Shown: positions 8,467 to 17,301 of the stretch, in pieces | Numbering within the stretch: the first letter of the stretch is position 1 | How the letters are laid out: each line of letters begins with the position of its first letter | IMG/VR virus record: IMGVR_UViG_3300020042_008651 | Location: 1-35,171 of that record | DNA: 35,171 bases | Reading direction: 5' to 3' (one strand) | Origin: a virus | Taxonomy: Duplodnaviria > Caudoviricetes | Position numbers and translations under genes: made by a program | Notes under the pieces: generated by a model | What the model saw: only the letters and a program-made list of their open reading frames with translations | What the model was told of the DNA's origin: nothing | The model's database searches: none

Positions 8467-8720
8467 ATAAATTTTTTCTCCATTAGTATTGTTGCAACTT
8501 CGTTAAACTTTGACTCAAACTCTTCTTGAGTGCCGACTTCATTGCAAGTTAAAGCAATGCTTGTGTAATTTACAGCTATTGATTCGCTACCATTAGCAAA
8601 ACAAATCTGCATTGCATCTCTTTCATTTATTATTTTGTAATAGTAACAAATGTTCTTACGATAGGCAGGTAATTCAATATCGTGCGTTTCTTCTACTGTT
8701 TTTGAGATTGTGATTTTCAT
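8463..8720 (-). CDS. Hypothetical protein
   Basis: Start moved to ATG 8720 (MKITISK, 85 aa). Confidence 0.65.
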   Translation of the reverse strand: MKITISKTVEETHDIELPAYRKNICYYYKIINERDAMQICFANGSESIAVNYTSIALTCNEVGTQEEFESKFNEVATILMEKKFI

Positions 8721-8734
8721 TGTTTTTTTATTTT

Positions 8735-8836
8735 TTAGTCGTGAGTGATTAATAATACTACATAACACATTAAAAACATAGCTAAACAAATTAATGCTCC
8801 TAAAATAATTTCTAAAATTTCATTGTTATCTTTCAT
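8735..8836 (-). CDS. 33-aa single-TM peptide (not in ORF track)
   Basis: MKDNNEILEIILGALICLAMFLMCYVVLLITHD; fills the gap between 8720 and 8826. Confidence 0.55.
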   Translation of the reverse strand: MKDNNEILEIILGALICLAMFLMCYVVLLITHD

Positions 8837-9083
8837 TTTCGTTGGTTATTATTTCGGTTGTGTAAAATGGCATCTCCATAGAATGATAGACTCTCTTAGT
8901 GTCTTTGATTAGGTCGTTGTAATGCTCTTCTGCCTCGTGATGACTTACTCTTGTTTGACCTTCTAAATTGCAACCATACTCACTTAAAATGGCATAGCCT
9001 AATTCTGCTTTGAAAATTGCAATTGTGATTAGATGTTCTTTTGAAAACATCTGGGTAAATGTTAATGATTTGATTTTTTCCAT
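8826..9083 (-). CDS. Hypothetical protein
   Basis: 85-aa ORF preceded by the RNA motif. Confidence 0.7.
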   Translation of the reverse strand: MEKIKSLTFTQMFSKEHLITIAIFKAELGYAILSEYGCNLEGQTRVSHHEAEEHYNDLIKDTKRVYHSMEMPFYTTEIITNENER

Positions 9084-9092
9084 TTTATTTGT

Positions 9093-9118
9093 GAAGTGTA
9101 GGATGCTTCGCCCCTTTT
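9093..9118 (-). ncRNA. Pseudoknot-like leader motif, copy 2
   Basis: AAAAGGGG-C-GAAG-CATCCTACA-CTTC, 9 nt before ATG 9083. Confidence 0.6.
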
Positions 9119-9120
9119 AG

Positions 9121-9408
9121 TTATAATTCTTTTTTAGTCATTATGTAACCAATAGGAAACTTTTTCTTACATTCACTTCCTATTCCCATTACCCAAGAAT
9201 CTGAATATTTGTTTTTATCTGATGATGGATATGCATCAAGACCATAAATAGAATTTATAAAATATTTTGGGTTGGTTATTGCTTTTCCACAGCAAGGGCA
9301 ATGGTCTAAATTTTCATCGTATGCTTTTTCTTGATTTCTGTTAAACATTGCATCATTAGATATTGTTGGAATAGAAATGATGTTTGCAGGTTCTTTTTTG
9401 TTTTCCAT
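9121..9408 (-). CDS. Putative Zn-binding protein
   Basis: CPCCGK ... GSECKK. Confidence 0.7.
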   Translation of the reverse strand: MENKKEPANIISIPTISNDAMFNRNQEKAYDENLDHCPCCGKAITNPKYFINSIYGLDAYPSSDKNKYSDSWVMGIGSECKKKFPIGYIMTKKEL

Positions 9409-9415
9409 TTTGTTA

Positions 9416-9462
9416 TCTTTTTACGACCCAACAAAGATATTTTTCTTTATTACAAAAACAAA
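9416..9462 (-). promoter_or_regulatory. Early promoter, -33/-7 boxes plus GGTC element
   Basis: TTTG-N19-TATCTTTG-TTG-GGTCGTAAAAAGA. Confidence 0.8.
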
Positions 9463-9505
9463 TAAAAAAATTATTTATTTTGTAAGTAGTTGGCTCTTAG
9501 CTTTC

Positions 9506-9694
9506 TTATTTTTTAAATTCTGCAAATCTCAAACCTAATTCAAAATAATAAGATTTATCAGGTACAAATCCATCTTCAAATAATTGTATTATAATAAATT
9601 TATTTCCATCATAAATTGATAATTTATAATTAAAACCTTCTTGTTTACAAAATTTTTCAAGTGGGGTGCTAAATTCTAATACTAACTTTTCCAT
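9506..9694 (-). CDS. Hypothetical protein
   Basis: Start moved to ATG 9694 (MEKLVL, 62 aa); the track's GTG start lies inside the RNA motif. Confidence 0.65.
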   Translation of the reverse strand: MEKLVLEFSTPLEKFCKQEGFNYKLSIYDGNKFIIIQLFEDGFVPDKSYYFELGLRFAEFKK

Positions 9695-9704
9695 AATTTT
9701 TATT

Positions 9705-9732
9705 TGCAGTGTAGGATACTGCACCCCTTTTT
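9705..9732 (-). ncRNA. Pseudoknot-like leader motif, copy 1
   Basis: AAAAAGGGG-T-GCAG-TATCCTACA-CTGC-A, about 10 nt before ATG 9694. Confidence 0.6.
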
Positions 9733-9736
9733 AGTT

Positions 9737-9943
9737 TTAGTTAATTGAATTTTGAACTAAATTAGCATTTTTCATCACACTTTTTCCTTCATAAACTTCA
9801 ATTGTTTGTTCAATTGTTTTTAGTGCTTTTACTAAACTATCCCAATCTATTAAATTGTCGTAAGTATGGAAATCTGCACAAGTATTATTTTTTAATACTG
9901 AAATTGATTTTTGGGCATTTTTTAATGCGGTTAATGTTTTCAT
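9737..9943 (-). CDS. Hypothetical protein (first gene of an early cassette)
   Basis: Start moved to ATG 9943 (MKTLTAL, 68 aa); the track's TTG is part of the -7 box. Confidence 0.7.
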   Translation of the reverse strand: MKTLTALKNAQKSISVLKNNTCADFHTYDNLIDWDSLVKALKTIEQTIEVYEGKSVMKNANLVQNSIN

Positions 9944-9968
9944 AATTTTGGTTTTTTTAGTTTTTGTT

Positions 9969-9990
9969 TCTTTTTGACCCTTCAAAGATA
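9969..9990 (-). promoter_or_regulatory. Early promoter, -7 box plus GGTC element
   Basis: TATCTTTG-AAG-GGTCAAAAAGA. Confidence 0.75.
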
Positions 9991-10075
9991 ATAATAGGTA
10001 TTAATAAAACTAATAATTTTTTTATTTATTTTATAAGTGTTTGATTTTAAACATATTTATTTTTTAAGAGGACAC

Positions 10076-10105
10076 AAAAAAACCCAAATAAATCAATATT
10101 TGGGT
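10076..10105 (-). terminator. Rho-independent terminator ending the late operon
   Basis: ACCCAAATA-TTGATT-TATTTGGGT followed by a T-run. Confidence 0.75.
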
Positions 10106-10139
10106 GTTTTTAAATTTGCAAATTATCTTAAATAACTAT

Positions 10140-10442
10140 TTATTTTTTACTGATCTCATATTGGTGCATAAAGTTTCCAAGTTTGTCTACTAATTCTTCA
10201 TTTAACCATTCACTTGAGTTTGAATAGAAGAGTAAACAATGAATTAACTCGTGGTAGAAGGTAGCTTGTATTATCTCATCTTTATAACTGGTCCACCCTT
10301 TTTCAGTTTTATATTTCTTTGCAAGTATTATCTTATTTTCAAAACTACAATACATACCATAACACTTATTCTTGTGGCAATACAAGTCATCATAAATTAC
10401 TTCTATTACTTGTCCTAATATTTGAAACTTATTTGGTATCAT
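10140..10442 (-). CDS. Small HExxH zinc metallopeptidase-like protein
   Basis: TFYHELIH...NEELVD. Confidence 0.7.
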   Translation of the reverse strand: MIPNKFQILGQVIEVIYDDLYCHKNKCYGMYCSFENKIILAKKYKTEKGWTSYKDEIIQATFYHELIHCLLFYSNSSEWLNEELVDKLGNFMHQYEISKK

Positions 10443-11155
10443 AATTCCATTAATTCATTAATTGCCGTTCTCCCATCTATTATAACACCACAACCGATTG
10501 CAGGTTTCTTGCCATATTTAGCATATGAGAAAGCAATATTTTTATGGTCAATGCCACAACCGACTTGCTGACCGAAAATCTTAAAGTTTGCACCTACAAA
10601 ATACTCGGTGTATGCTTGAGTGTGTAGATGACCTTGTACGGTTGACATCATATCGGCTTTACATTTAACTCTTGCTGTTCCTCCTTCTCCGTGCAAGTAT
10701 TGAACACCATCAATAACGTGTCTATCTACAAAAGTCCAAGTCGGTACTTCTAACACATCCTTATAGTCTCTAATCCACTTTTGTGATATGCCACCCGTTT
10801 GTGCTTTTCGCATTATTAAGCGGTCGTGGTTACCAATTATTACCGTAGCATTTGGAAAATAGTCGTGCCATTTTTTTAGTTTTCTAATAGTAAACTCAAG
10901 TTCATCTTTTCCTCCAATTGCTTCGGGAATTGTCTCGTGGTATGAGGCAAAATGATTGTCGGCTATATCACCGATAAAAACCACATCGGTGCATTTATAT
11001 TTATTATAAATCTCTTTGCAAAATTCAAAGTAACCATCAAGACAAAACGGCTCGTGTAAGTCACCAATTACCAACACTCTTTTTTGATTATTCTCAATTC
11101 TTTTTTTCTTGATAGAATCGTATTCTTCTTGTGTTATTCTTGGTCTCATTTTCAT
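10439..11155 (-). CDS. Calcineurin-like metallophosphoesterase
   Basis: GDLH, GDIAD, GNHD, HG and GHLH motifs. Confidence 0.9.
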   Translation of the reverse strand: MKMRPRITQEEYDSIKKKRIENNQKRVLVIGDLHEPFCLDGYFEFCKEIYNKYKCTDVVFIGDIADNHFASYHETIPEAIGGKDELEFTIRKLKKWHDYFPNATVIIGNHDRLIMRKAQTGGISQKWIRDYKDVLEVPTWTFVDRHVIDGVQYLHGEGGTARVKCKADMMSTVQGHLHTQAYTEYFVGANFKIFGQQVGCGIDHKNIAFSYAKYGKKPAIGCGVIIDGRTAINELMEL

Positions 11156-11157
11156 AG

Positions 11158-11340
11158 CTATTTCATATTAAATAAATTCTTTAAATAATCTAAAGTCTCA
11201 TCTGGTTTTGTGATGTCTTTAATCTCCAAGAAATTTAGTCTATTATTTATTTGTTGCTTTGCATCTTCTACTGATCTTGCACGAACAATGGTGTACATCT
11301 TGCGACCATTAAACTCATAAAATATTTTGTAGTCTTTCAT
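11158..11340 (-). CDS. Hypothetical protein
   Basis: 60-aa ORF in operon. Confidence 0.65.
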   Translation of the reverse strand: MKDYKIFYEFNGRKMYTIVRARSVEDAKQQINNRLNFLEIKDITKPDETLDYLKNLFNMK

Positions 11341-11394
11341 AATGAATTGTATTTAATACGTTATCGGGTATAATTTGACCTAATGAATGCTATA

Positions 11395-11583
11395 TCATAC
11401 CTCATTGGGTATAATGCTTTCAGATAGTTCTAAAATATGGTTATCTATCACAACTTCAGGATATGTAATACCAACTAATAATGATTTAAATGCAGTAAAG
11501 AAATCTTCAATCCCTGCTTCATCACTTAACTCAATTGTATGCTTATTTCCATAAGCAGTTACACTTAAAATTATTTTATCCAT
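11395..11583 (-). CDS. Hypothetical acidic protein
   Basis: 62-aa ORF overlapping the spanin stop. Confidence 0.6.
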   Translation of the reverse strand: MDKIILSVTAYGNKHTIELSDEAGIEDFFTAFKSLLVGITYPEVVIDNHILELSESIIPNEV

Positions 11584-11989
11584 TATTCATTATTTTATGA
11601 AAGTAAGCAATTAAAAAATAAATCAATATTATCAATGGTAAGATATACCAATAGTCTGCTCCTAATTGTTTATACCAACTTAATTTAGGGTAGTCAACTG
11701 GAACTTTTACAAATATTTTTTTATAGTAAATAAATGTATCCTCTTTGCACTTGCCTTCTATGTATATTTTCCCAAATTTCTTAACATAAACTATTTCTAA
11801 TTTATCTTTAGTAATAAATACTGAATCAATAGTATCATTAAATATCGTATCGGTTCGTATCGTTTCGGTTCTAATCGTATCGTGAATGGTTACAACTACA
11901 TTAACTGTATCTTTTGAGCAAAACTTCTTTATTGCTTGGTTCTTGGTATAGCAAGAAGATAGTAATAAGATGAGGATTAAATATTTCAT
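11576..11989 (-). CDS. Putative unimolecular spanin
   Basis: Lipoprotein signal MKYLILILLLSSC, beta-rich middle and C-terminal TM helix; downstream of the endolysin. Confidence 0.7.
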   Translation of the reverse strand: MKYLILILLLSSCYTKNQAIKKFCSKDTVNVVVTIHDTIRTETIRTDTIFNDTIDSVFITKDKLEIVYVKKFGKIYIEGKCKEDTFIYYKKIFVKVPVDYPKLSWYKQLGADYWYILPLIILIYFLIAYFHKIMNNG

Positions 11990-12099
11990 TTTCTTTTCTT
12001 TTTTAAGTCTTGTTCTTTTTTTAAATCAATTGCTTTTTGTTTTTCTTTAGCTATGATTATTGCAACTATTCTTGCTCTTTCAATGTCAACCGAATCCAC
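11986..12099 (-). CDS. 37-aa basic peptide in the lysis cassette (not in ORF track)
   Basis: GTG directly after the endolysin stop; VDSVDIERARIVAIIIAKEKQK...KKKRK; ATGA overlap with the spanin start. Confidence 0.5.
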   Translation of the reverse strand: MDSVDIERARIVAIIIAKEKQKAIDLKKEQDLKKKRK

Positions 12100-12513
12100 T
12101 TATTTTATAACAAGAATTTGTTTTCTATTACCACTCTTTTTTAATGAGATGTGCAGCCAGGTATAGTCATATTCATTTATCAATTGGTCATATTCCAAAC
12201 CACTTAATTTTATGAAATCAAATATCTTTTTATTTTCTAATTTTGGACCGGCGGTAATATCAATTGAATTTCCTAAAACGTGACCACTTGTCTTACTTCC
12301 TCTGACTTCCTTATTCAATTCTTTGCACCGATAAAAACTGTTTATTATTATTGGTTTATCATACCACTCTCTAATCGGCTCAAATAAGTTTTCGGCAACA
12401 TATTTCATAGCATCAAGTTCAAGTTTATTAGGCTCATTCTTTATGCCTTTATCAATTGCTTTTTGACTAAATATTGACTCTTGTAAAGTTATGTGTTTAC
12501 TTATTATTTCCAT
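12100..12513 (-). CDS. Endolysin, peptidase M15 family
   Basis: SFYRC..LN..V, SGHVLGNSID (SxHxxGxxxD) and WLHIS. Confidence 0.9.
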   Translation of the reverse strand: MEIISKHITLQESIFSQKAIDKGIKNEPNKLELDAMKYVAENLFEPIREWYDKPIIINSFYRCKELNKEVRGSKTSGHVLGNSIDITAGPKLENKKIFDFIKLSGLEYDQLINEYDYTWLHISLKKSGNRKQILVIK

Positions 12514-12523
12514 TGTTCACTTA

Positions 12524-12709
12524 TTAGTTTACTTTTGAATTAATCTTTGTCATATACCCACCAATTCCAATCAACGCACTCAATATTAATTTTGGGTATT
12601 CTTTTTGTATATTAAAAGTAACCCAATCAATAGTTACCCAAGCATTCGCAATAGCCACCACGAATCCAATTAATGTGCTTAATCTACTTTCCCAATTTTT
12701 TTTTAGCAT
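12524..12709 (-). CDS. Putative holin (2 TM)
   Basis: Two hydrophobic segments; directly upstream of the endolysin. Confidence 0.6.
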   Translation of the reverse strand: MLKKNWESRLSTLIGFVVAIANAWVTIDWVTFNIQKEYPKLILSALIGIGGYMTKINSKVN

Positions 12710-12869
12710 CCCAATTTTTTATAAATTTTATGATAGACAAAATTGAAAATATAAATGCACTCAATCCTGCTAATGCTTGAATTAATGGGAGTAAAGCACT
12801 TGCGTAAGCAGTTATAACTCCACCCCATACAAATACGTTTTCAATAAATAAAGTAGTATTCTTATTCAT
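12684..12869 (-). CDS. Putative holin or antiholin
   Basis: Hydrophobic body with basic C-terminus (AKKKLGK). Confidence 0.55.
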   Translation of the reverse strand: MNKNTTLFIENVFVWGGVITAYASALLPLIQALAGLSAFIFSILSIIKFIKNWDAKKKLGK

Positions 12870-13102
12870 TAAATTAATCCAAGTTTAGCCTTAATTTTTT
12901 CATCCATTGTTTGATACACACTCCAATCATCTAACTCTTCAGGTGTCATATACCCAACCGATGCTTCTACAATTAAATCATTGTAATATAGTATGTAGTT
13001 AAAAGGAAAGTTTACCTCATCAAATGGCATAATTTCATAAGATAAAATATTTACCAATCCTAAACTTAAATATTCTTGTAATGTAATAGTTATAGTTCTC
13101 AT
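12869..13102 (-). CDS. Hypothetical acidic protein (possible tail-fibre chaperone)
   Basis: 77-aa ORF coupled to the fibre-like gene. Confidence 0.55.
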   Translation of the reverse strand: MRTITITLQEYLSLGLVNILSYEIMPFDEVNFPFNYILYYNDLIVEASVGYMTPEELDDWSVYQTMDEKIKAKLGLI

Positions 13103-13941
13103 ATTCCTAAAGCAGTATAAGTATTTAAAATATATGTTCTTAATAACTGATTATCAAAATTGTTATTTCCGTGACCACTTACGAGATGTCCTGTTGTAGC
13201 ATCAAGATTAGCAGTAGAGGTATTACCTAAAATAGCCAACTCACCAATTTCTTGACTTAATATTGTTGATGTTGGTGCTATTGTAAATGAAGTAGAAGTC
13301 GTGTTTATAATTACACGAACAGTATTTGCAGTTCTTGTACCACATAGCCAATTGCGAGCAGAGGTTGTAATACCACTTGCAATTGCTGTTGTAGCAGTAT
13401 GGTTCATATTTATAGTAATTTGACCACTTGTATTTTTAAATATAGAAGCATTTCTTGTAGAAGTTCCCGAACCTTGACCCATCATACTTGAATTAGATGA
13501 ATTAGTAGCAACCACTCCATAAATAAATTGAGAACAATTAAATCTATCAGCAGACCATTTCGGTGCAGTTGCGGGGTTATAGCCAAATGTTAAATATCCA
13601 CCTGTACCAACTGATGTTCCATTTGAAATAAATCCCGAATTATTATTCCAATTTATTCTTGATGAATTAACTTCAACTGCATCATAAGAACTATTTATTA
13701 AGTTAATTTTTGCAGCAGTTCTATCATTAGTTCCTACAAATAAATGGAATTTATCAAGACAATCAAAGATGCCTGATGACACCATTGGTTTGATAAGATT
13801 ATTATCAATGATGGTTAGTACTCCACTATCAATAGTTCCTCCTGCAGCCACAATTCTTGATTGCCAAGATAAAGCCTGACTACTCAAACCTGTAGCAGTT
13901 ATGTTATTAAAAGTAGTTCCGATTCCTATGCCTAAAGCCAT
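13099..13941 (-). CDS. Virion fibre / LamG-like beta-sandwich protein
   Basis: MALGIGIG start, S/T/N/G-rich beta-strand composition, late region. Confidence 0.55.
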   Translation of the reverse strand: MALGIGIGTTFNNITATGLSSQALSWQSRIVAAGGTIDSGVLTIIDNNLIKPMVSSGIFDCLDKFHLFVGTNDRTAAKINLINSSYDAVEVNSSRINWNNNSGFISNGTSVGTGGYLTFGYNPATAPKWSADRFNCSQFIYGVVATNSSNSSMMGQGSGTSTRNASIFKNTSGQITINMNHTATTAIASGITTSARNWLCGTRTANTVRVIINTTSTSFTIAPTSTILSQEIGELAILGNTSTANLDATTGHLVSGHGNNNFDNQLLRTYILNTYTALGI

Positions 13942-13943
13942 AA

Positions 13944-14210
13944 TTAGTTATAGCAAATAATCGTTCCACTTGTTAAAGTAACTGCATTAAATACCGAGCC
14001 ATTTCCTGCCGATAAATATGCTCCTGCTTTGATTGTAACTCCCGTAAGGTTTTTTGATGTCATTACATTTACACTATCTATTTGCAATGCACTAAAAACT
14101 GCATCTGAATTAACTACAATTGATGTGTATGTCTTACCTGTAAATGCTGAAGTTGTGCTTATAACTTCAAAACTTTGTGACCCTACTATTTGCTCTAATG
14201 CTGTTGCCAT
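13944..14210 (-). CDS. Small virion structural protein
   Basis: 88 aa, beta-rich, TLTSGTIICY ending; preceded by the late motif. Confidence 0.6.
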   Translation of the reverse strand: MATALEQIVGSQSFEVISTTSAFTGKTYTSIVVNSDAVFSALQIDSVNVMTSKNLTGVTIKAGAYLSAGNGSVFNAVTLTSGTIICYN

Positions 14211-14251
14211 ATTTGTATTTTATTTATTTAATAATATATTTTTTTATTCTT

Positions 14252-14695
14252 TTATTTTAAAGGAACTTGACATCTATTTCTATCTTGCATCAATTGGAAG
14301 TTTAGAGTCATTGTCCAACCATTTACAATGTCAGGCATTGCTTCACGAATTGGAATTAATGGAGTTGTAGTTTCTAAAATGAAGTAATCTTGATATGCAT
14401 AAGATGTCAAAATTGAATAGATGTCTTGAGCAATACTTAACGTATCAGATAACACATCTTTCTCGTTATTATTATCTGTTTTAACGATGTCTAACACCTT
14501 TAATTCAATTGTTAGGTATAAACTATTAGAATCAATATTTGAATCCTTTACATCGGTCCAAACAAGAGGATATCTTTCTTGCTCACTTGCACTTATTTCG
14601 GCATCTTCTCCAAAATTATAATAGTTAACTTGTCCGTGTGAATTAGAAATAGTTTCTATTAAATTTAAAACTTGATTGAGTGTGTAAAATTCCAT
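14252..14695 (-). CDS. Putative tail terminator / completion protein
   Basis: 147 aa, acidic, YPLVW...NGW; position after the head-tail adaptor. Confidence 0.55.
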   Translation of the reverse strand: MEFYTLNQVLNLIETISNSHGQVNYYNFGEDAEISASEQERYPLVWTDVKDSNIDSNSLYLTIELKVLDIVKTDNNNEKDVLSDTLSIAQDIYSILTSYAYQDYFILETTTPLIPIREAMPDIVNGWTMTLNFQLMQDRNRCQVPLK

Positions 14696-14712
14696 TTTTT
14701 TATCTTAAAATA

Positions 14713-15306
14713 TTAGCACCAATGACATCTTTTTTCACTTGGTTGAATTTTTATACCTTGAAAATTATACTGACCTTGACAACCATTACCATCTCCTAAA
14801 ACTAATCCACTATTATAGTTATTTTGTTTAGCGAAAATAGTATCTACGTTGGTATTTATTTGGTTCAAGTATAAAGGATAAGATACAGAGTTAGCAAGTA
14901 GGTAATTTGTCATTCTTTGAGCATAAACTTGAGCCTTATTCCTTGCATCATCCATCAATCTTTCTATGTCTTGCATTGATGCTGGTTGCATATTGTCTGC
15001 GTTCTGAACTCCTACGGCTTTATTAAAGTATTTATAGTTCATAGCCATCGGTAATTCCATACGACAATACCATACCATTACATCGGTGATATAATCGTTC
15101 AGTAAAGTAGTGTTTAATTGCGTTAAAGTGGATGTTCTTATTTGCTCAATAACTTGGTTATACAATTGAGTTCCCATTATCGGCAATACATAATACTTTT
15201 GAACATCCATAATGGTAGGCTTTACCACTTTCATATCCACGTTATCTTGTAAAACTGACCTATCTTTTAAGGTTTGCTCACTTAGGAATAAAACTTCTGC
15301 TGCCAT
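14713..15306 (-). CDS. Putative head-tail adaptor
   Basis: 197-aa helical protein immediately after the portal. Confidence 0.55.
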   Translation of the reverse strand: MAAEVLFLSEQTLKDRSVLQDNVDMKVVKPTIMDVQKYYVLPIMGTQLYNQVIEQIRTSTLTQLNTTLLNDYITDVMVWYCRMELPMAMNYKYFNKAVGVQNADNMQPASMQDIERLMDDARNKAQVYAQRMTNYLLANSVSYPLYLNQINTNVDTIFAKQNNYNSGLVLGDGNGCQGQYNFQGIKIQPSEKRCHWC

Positions 15307-15313
15307 ATCTTAT

Positions 15314-17299
15314 TTATTTAATTTTTTTTACAATTGACTGAACCCATATGTGTCTACAATATGGCAAATTTACGTTTTTCAACGGGTCGTGATACCATCC
15401 TCCTCTTCTTGTAAATGCATCATAGTTCGGTATGCCATACAAGTCACCCAAATCTCTTCCAATGTTTATGATATCTTCTCTTGAAAAGTATCTTTCATTC
15501 TGCATCATAGCTGAACAAAACTCTCTGCTACTATCTCCAATTAGATCAGGTGCCGTATCTCTTAATGCATACTTGTATCTTATAAGTAATTCATCGAAAG
15601 ATGGCAGTTTTGTTGCATCTCCTTTAGTGGTTACATTCAATACTCCTTTATTATCTAAAATTAATTTTTCACCTACCAAAGTTTCAATCAATCCTTCCAC
15701 ATTATCCATACTAATCTTTAATATTTTGGCAATATTTTCTTTAGTAATATTTGGATTCTTTTTAATTAAATCTAATAGACCTTTTTCACCATCGGTCATT
15801 GCGAAATCTTGACTTGAAAGCATAGTTTTTTTACGTTTTAAAGTAACAAAATTCTCTGCTGGTTCCCCATATTTCATAAATACTTCCAAGTCCAAGTTAT
15901 CTTGAGCTGAAGTAAAATCGTGGTTGCACATTCTATCACTATTAAATCCCGCAGGTGCGGCAGAATCTGCACTTGGTGTTATTGTATCTCCTCCTTCTAA
16001 TCCTTGTTTGCCTATGATTGCTCTTACCTCATTTGGTGTTAACTGATTTAATACTTTAGTAGCTACCAAAGGACTTAATGCACCTAATGAATCGGCTACC
16101 GTAGATGTCACATTTTTGATTTCTAATGGTTTTCTTCCTACTATATCTCTCATTTCATCTTTAGTTAAAATACTCATTAAAGTAGCTTCACTAAAGTTTG
16201 GCATAATAGGTTCTAAAGGTTTAATTTCTAACTTGCCTTTTATCGGTGCAAATAAATTATAAATGTTTGTTTGTACTTTTTGTTTTGGTGATATATAAGT
16301 TGCCGAGAATATGTTGTAAGCATCTATCATTTCATCTCTTCCACCAAGTTGACCTGCTACTCTCACACCGAATATCATTGGTGAGGTAATTTTATGTCCA
16401 ACAAAAATTTCTTGTTGAATAGTTTCATTCAATGCCTCATATTTTTGTGCAAAATCACCAGCATTTAAGTCTTCAATTCTTGCTGCTCTTGCGGGGTCAT
16501 CTACGAAATCAATAACAATAGAACCTGCACTATCGGTAGAGGTAAATTTATTCTTTAATTTACGTTCGGTAACCTTCATTTCATCATCGGAAGGGACACC
16601 GTTCATAAACGTAATAAATTTACTTCCTTTAAATCCATTTTGTATTTCTGCACGATGGAAATTTGCTATTTCAGCATCGGTAATAATAGCTGGAACAGCT
16701 CCAATATATTCAGGTAATGTGTATGTATTTAAATTTGGTCTATAAGACTTGTAATAGTAAATAGACTCAGCTTGTTTTTTTGCATTAGGGTCAAAAGGAG
16801 GATAAGTTTTATCTATAAATGGATTGTGTTTTTCTTGACCATTTTCATCCATCCATTCATTGCTTGAATAGAATTCTGTATTATCATAATTACTTCTTAT
16901 TTTGCAATAGTCAACGTGGTAAATATCATAACCTTTTCCTCCTTTTCTTCCAACTACTTTTAAATAGCATCCTCCAAATAATTCACAATCTAAATTTGTC
17001 TTAGATAATAAATCATTTAAGGTCTCATACGGATTAGGATTATCAATAAAACCTTGCAAAGATATTATATCTTTCCCTTCCATATTTGTCTGATCAAATA
17101 CAAACCCTTGACCATTTATATAAAGCTGTTTTGAGGTTATAATAGCATTATGTTTTGCACTTCTATTGAAGAGAGTAACTAAATACTCAGGGTAGTTATT
17201 TGTCTCACCATACTTAATGAAATCTTTTCCTTTTGTTTCAACAAACATCGGGACTTTATCATTTGAGAAACCTAATTTTATAATTGAATCTTTATACAT
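15314..17299 (-). CDS. Portal protein with C-terminal winged-HTH and MuF-like domains
   Basis: YGETNNYP..SAKHNAII and GHKITSPMIFG portal motifs; wHTH-like segment 15620-15802; SREFC...RGGW...CRHIW tail. Confidence 0.8.
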   Translation of the reverse strand: MYKDSIIKLGFSNDKVPMFVETKGKDFIKYGETNNYPEYLVTLFNRSAKHNAIITSKQLYINGQGFVFDQTNMEGKDIISLQGFIDNPNPYETLNDLLSKTNLDCELFGGCYLKVVGRKGGKGYDIYHVDYCKIRSNYDNTEFYSSNEWMDENGQEKHNPFIDKTYPPFDPNAKKQAESIYYYKSYRPNLNTYTLPEYIGAVPAIITDAEIANFHRAEIQNGFKGSKFITFMNGVPSDDEMKVTERKLKNKFTSTDSAGSIVIDFVDDPARAARIEDLNAGDFAQKYEALNETIQQEIFVGHKITSPMIFGVRVAGQLGGRDEMIDAYNIFSATYISPKQKVQTNIYNLFAPIKGKLEIKPLEPIMPNFSEATLMSILTKDEMRDIVGRKPLEIKNVTSTVADSLGALSPLVATKVLNQLTPNEVRAIIGKQGLEGGDTITPSADSAAPAGFNSDRMCNHDFTSAQDNLDLEVFMKYGEPAENFVTLKRKKTMLSSQDFAMTDGEKGLLDLIKKNPNITKENIAKILKISMDNVEGLIETLVGEKLILDNKGVLNVTTKGDATKLPSFDELLIRYKYALRDTAPDLIGDSSREFCSAMMQNERYFSREDIINIGRDLGDLYGIPNYDAFTRRGGWYHDPLKNVNLPYCRHIWVQSIVKKIK

Positions 17300-17301
17300 A
17301 T

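Noticed and set aside
9695-9985. Longer GTG/TTG starts from the ORF track (9724, 9985; likewise 8789, 17766, 34648 and upstream ATGs 1571, 20766)
   Set aside because: They fall inside promoters, terminators, the RNA motif or neighbouring genes; downstream starts have proper A/T-rich leaders
11845-11883. ATCGT-type short repeats as a DNA element
   Set aside because: Explained by the encoded DTI/ETI peptide repeats of the spanin
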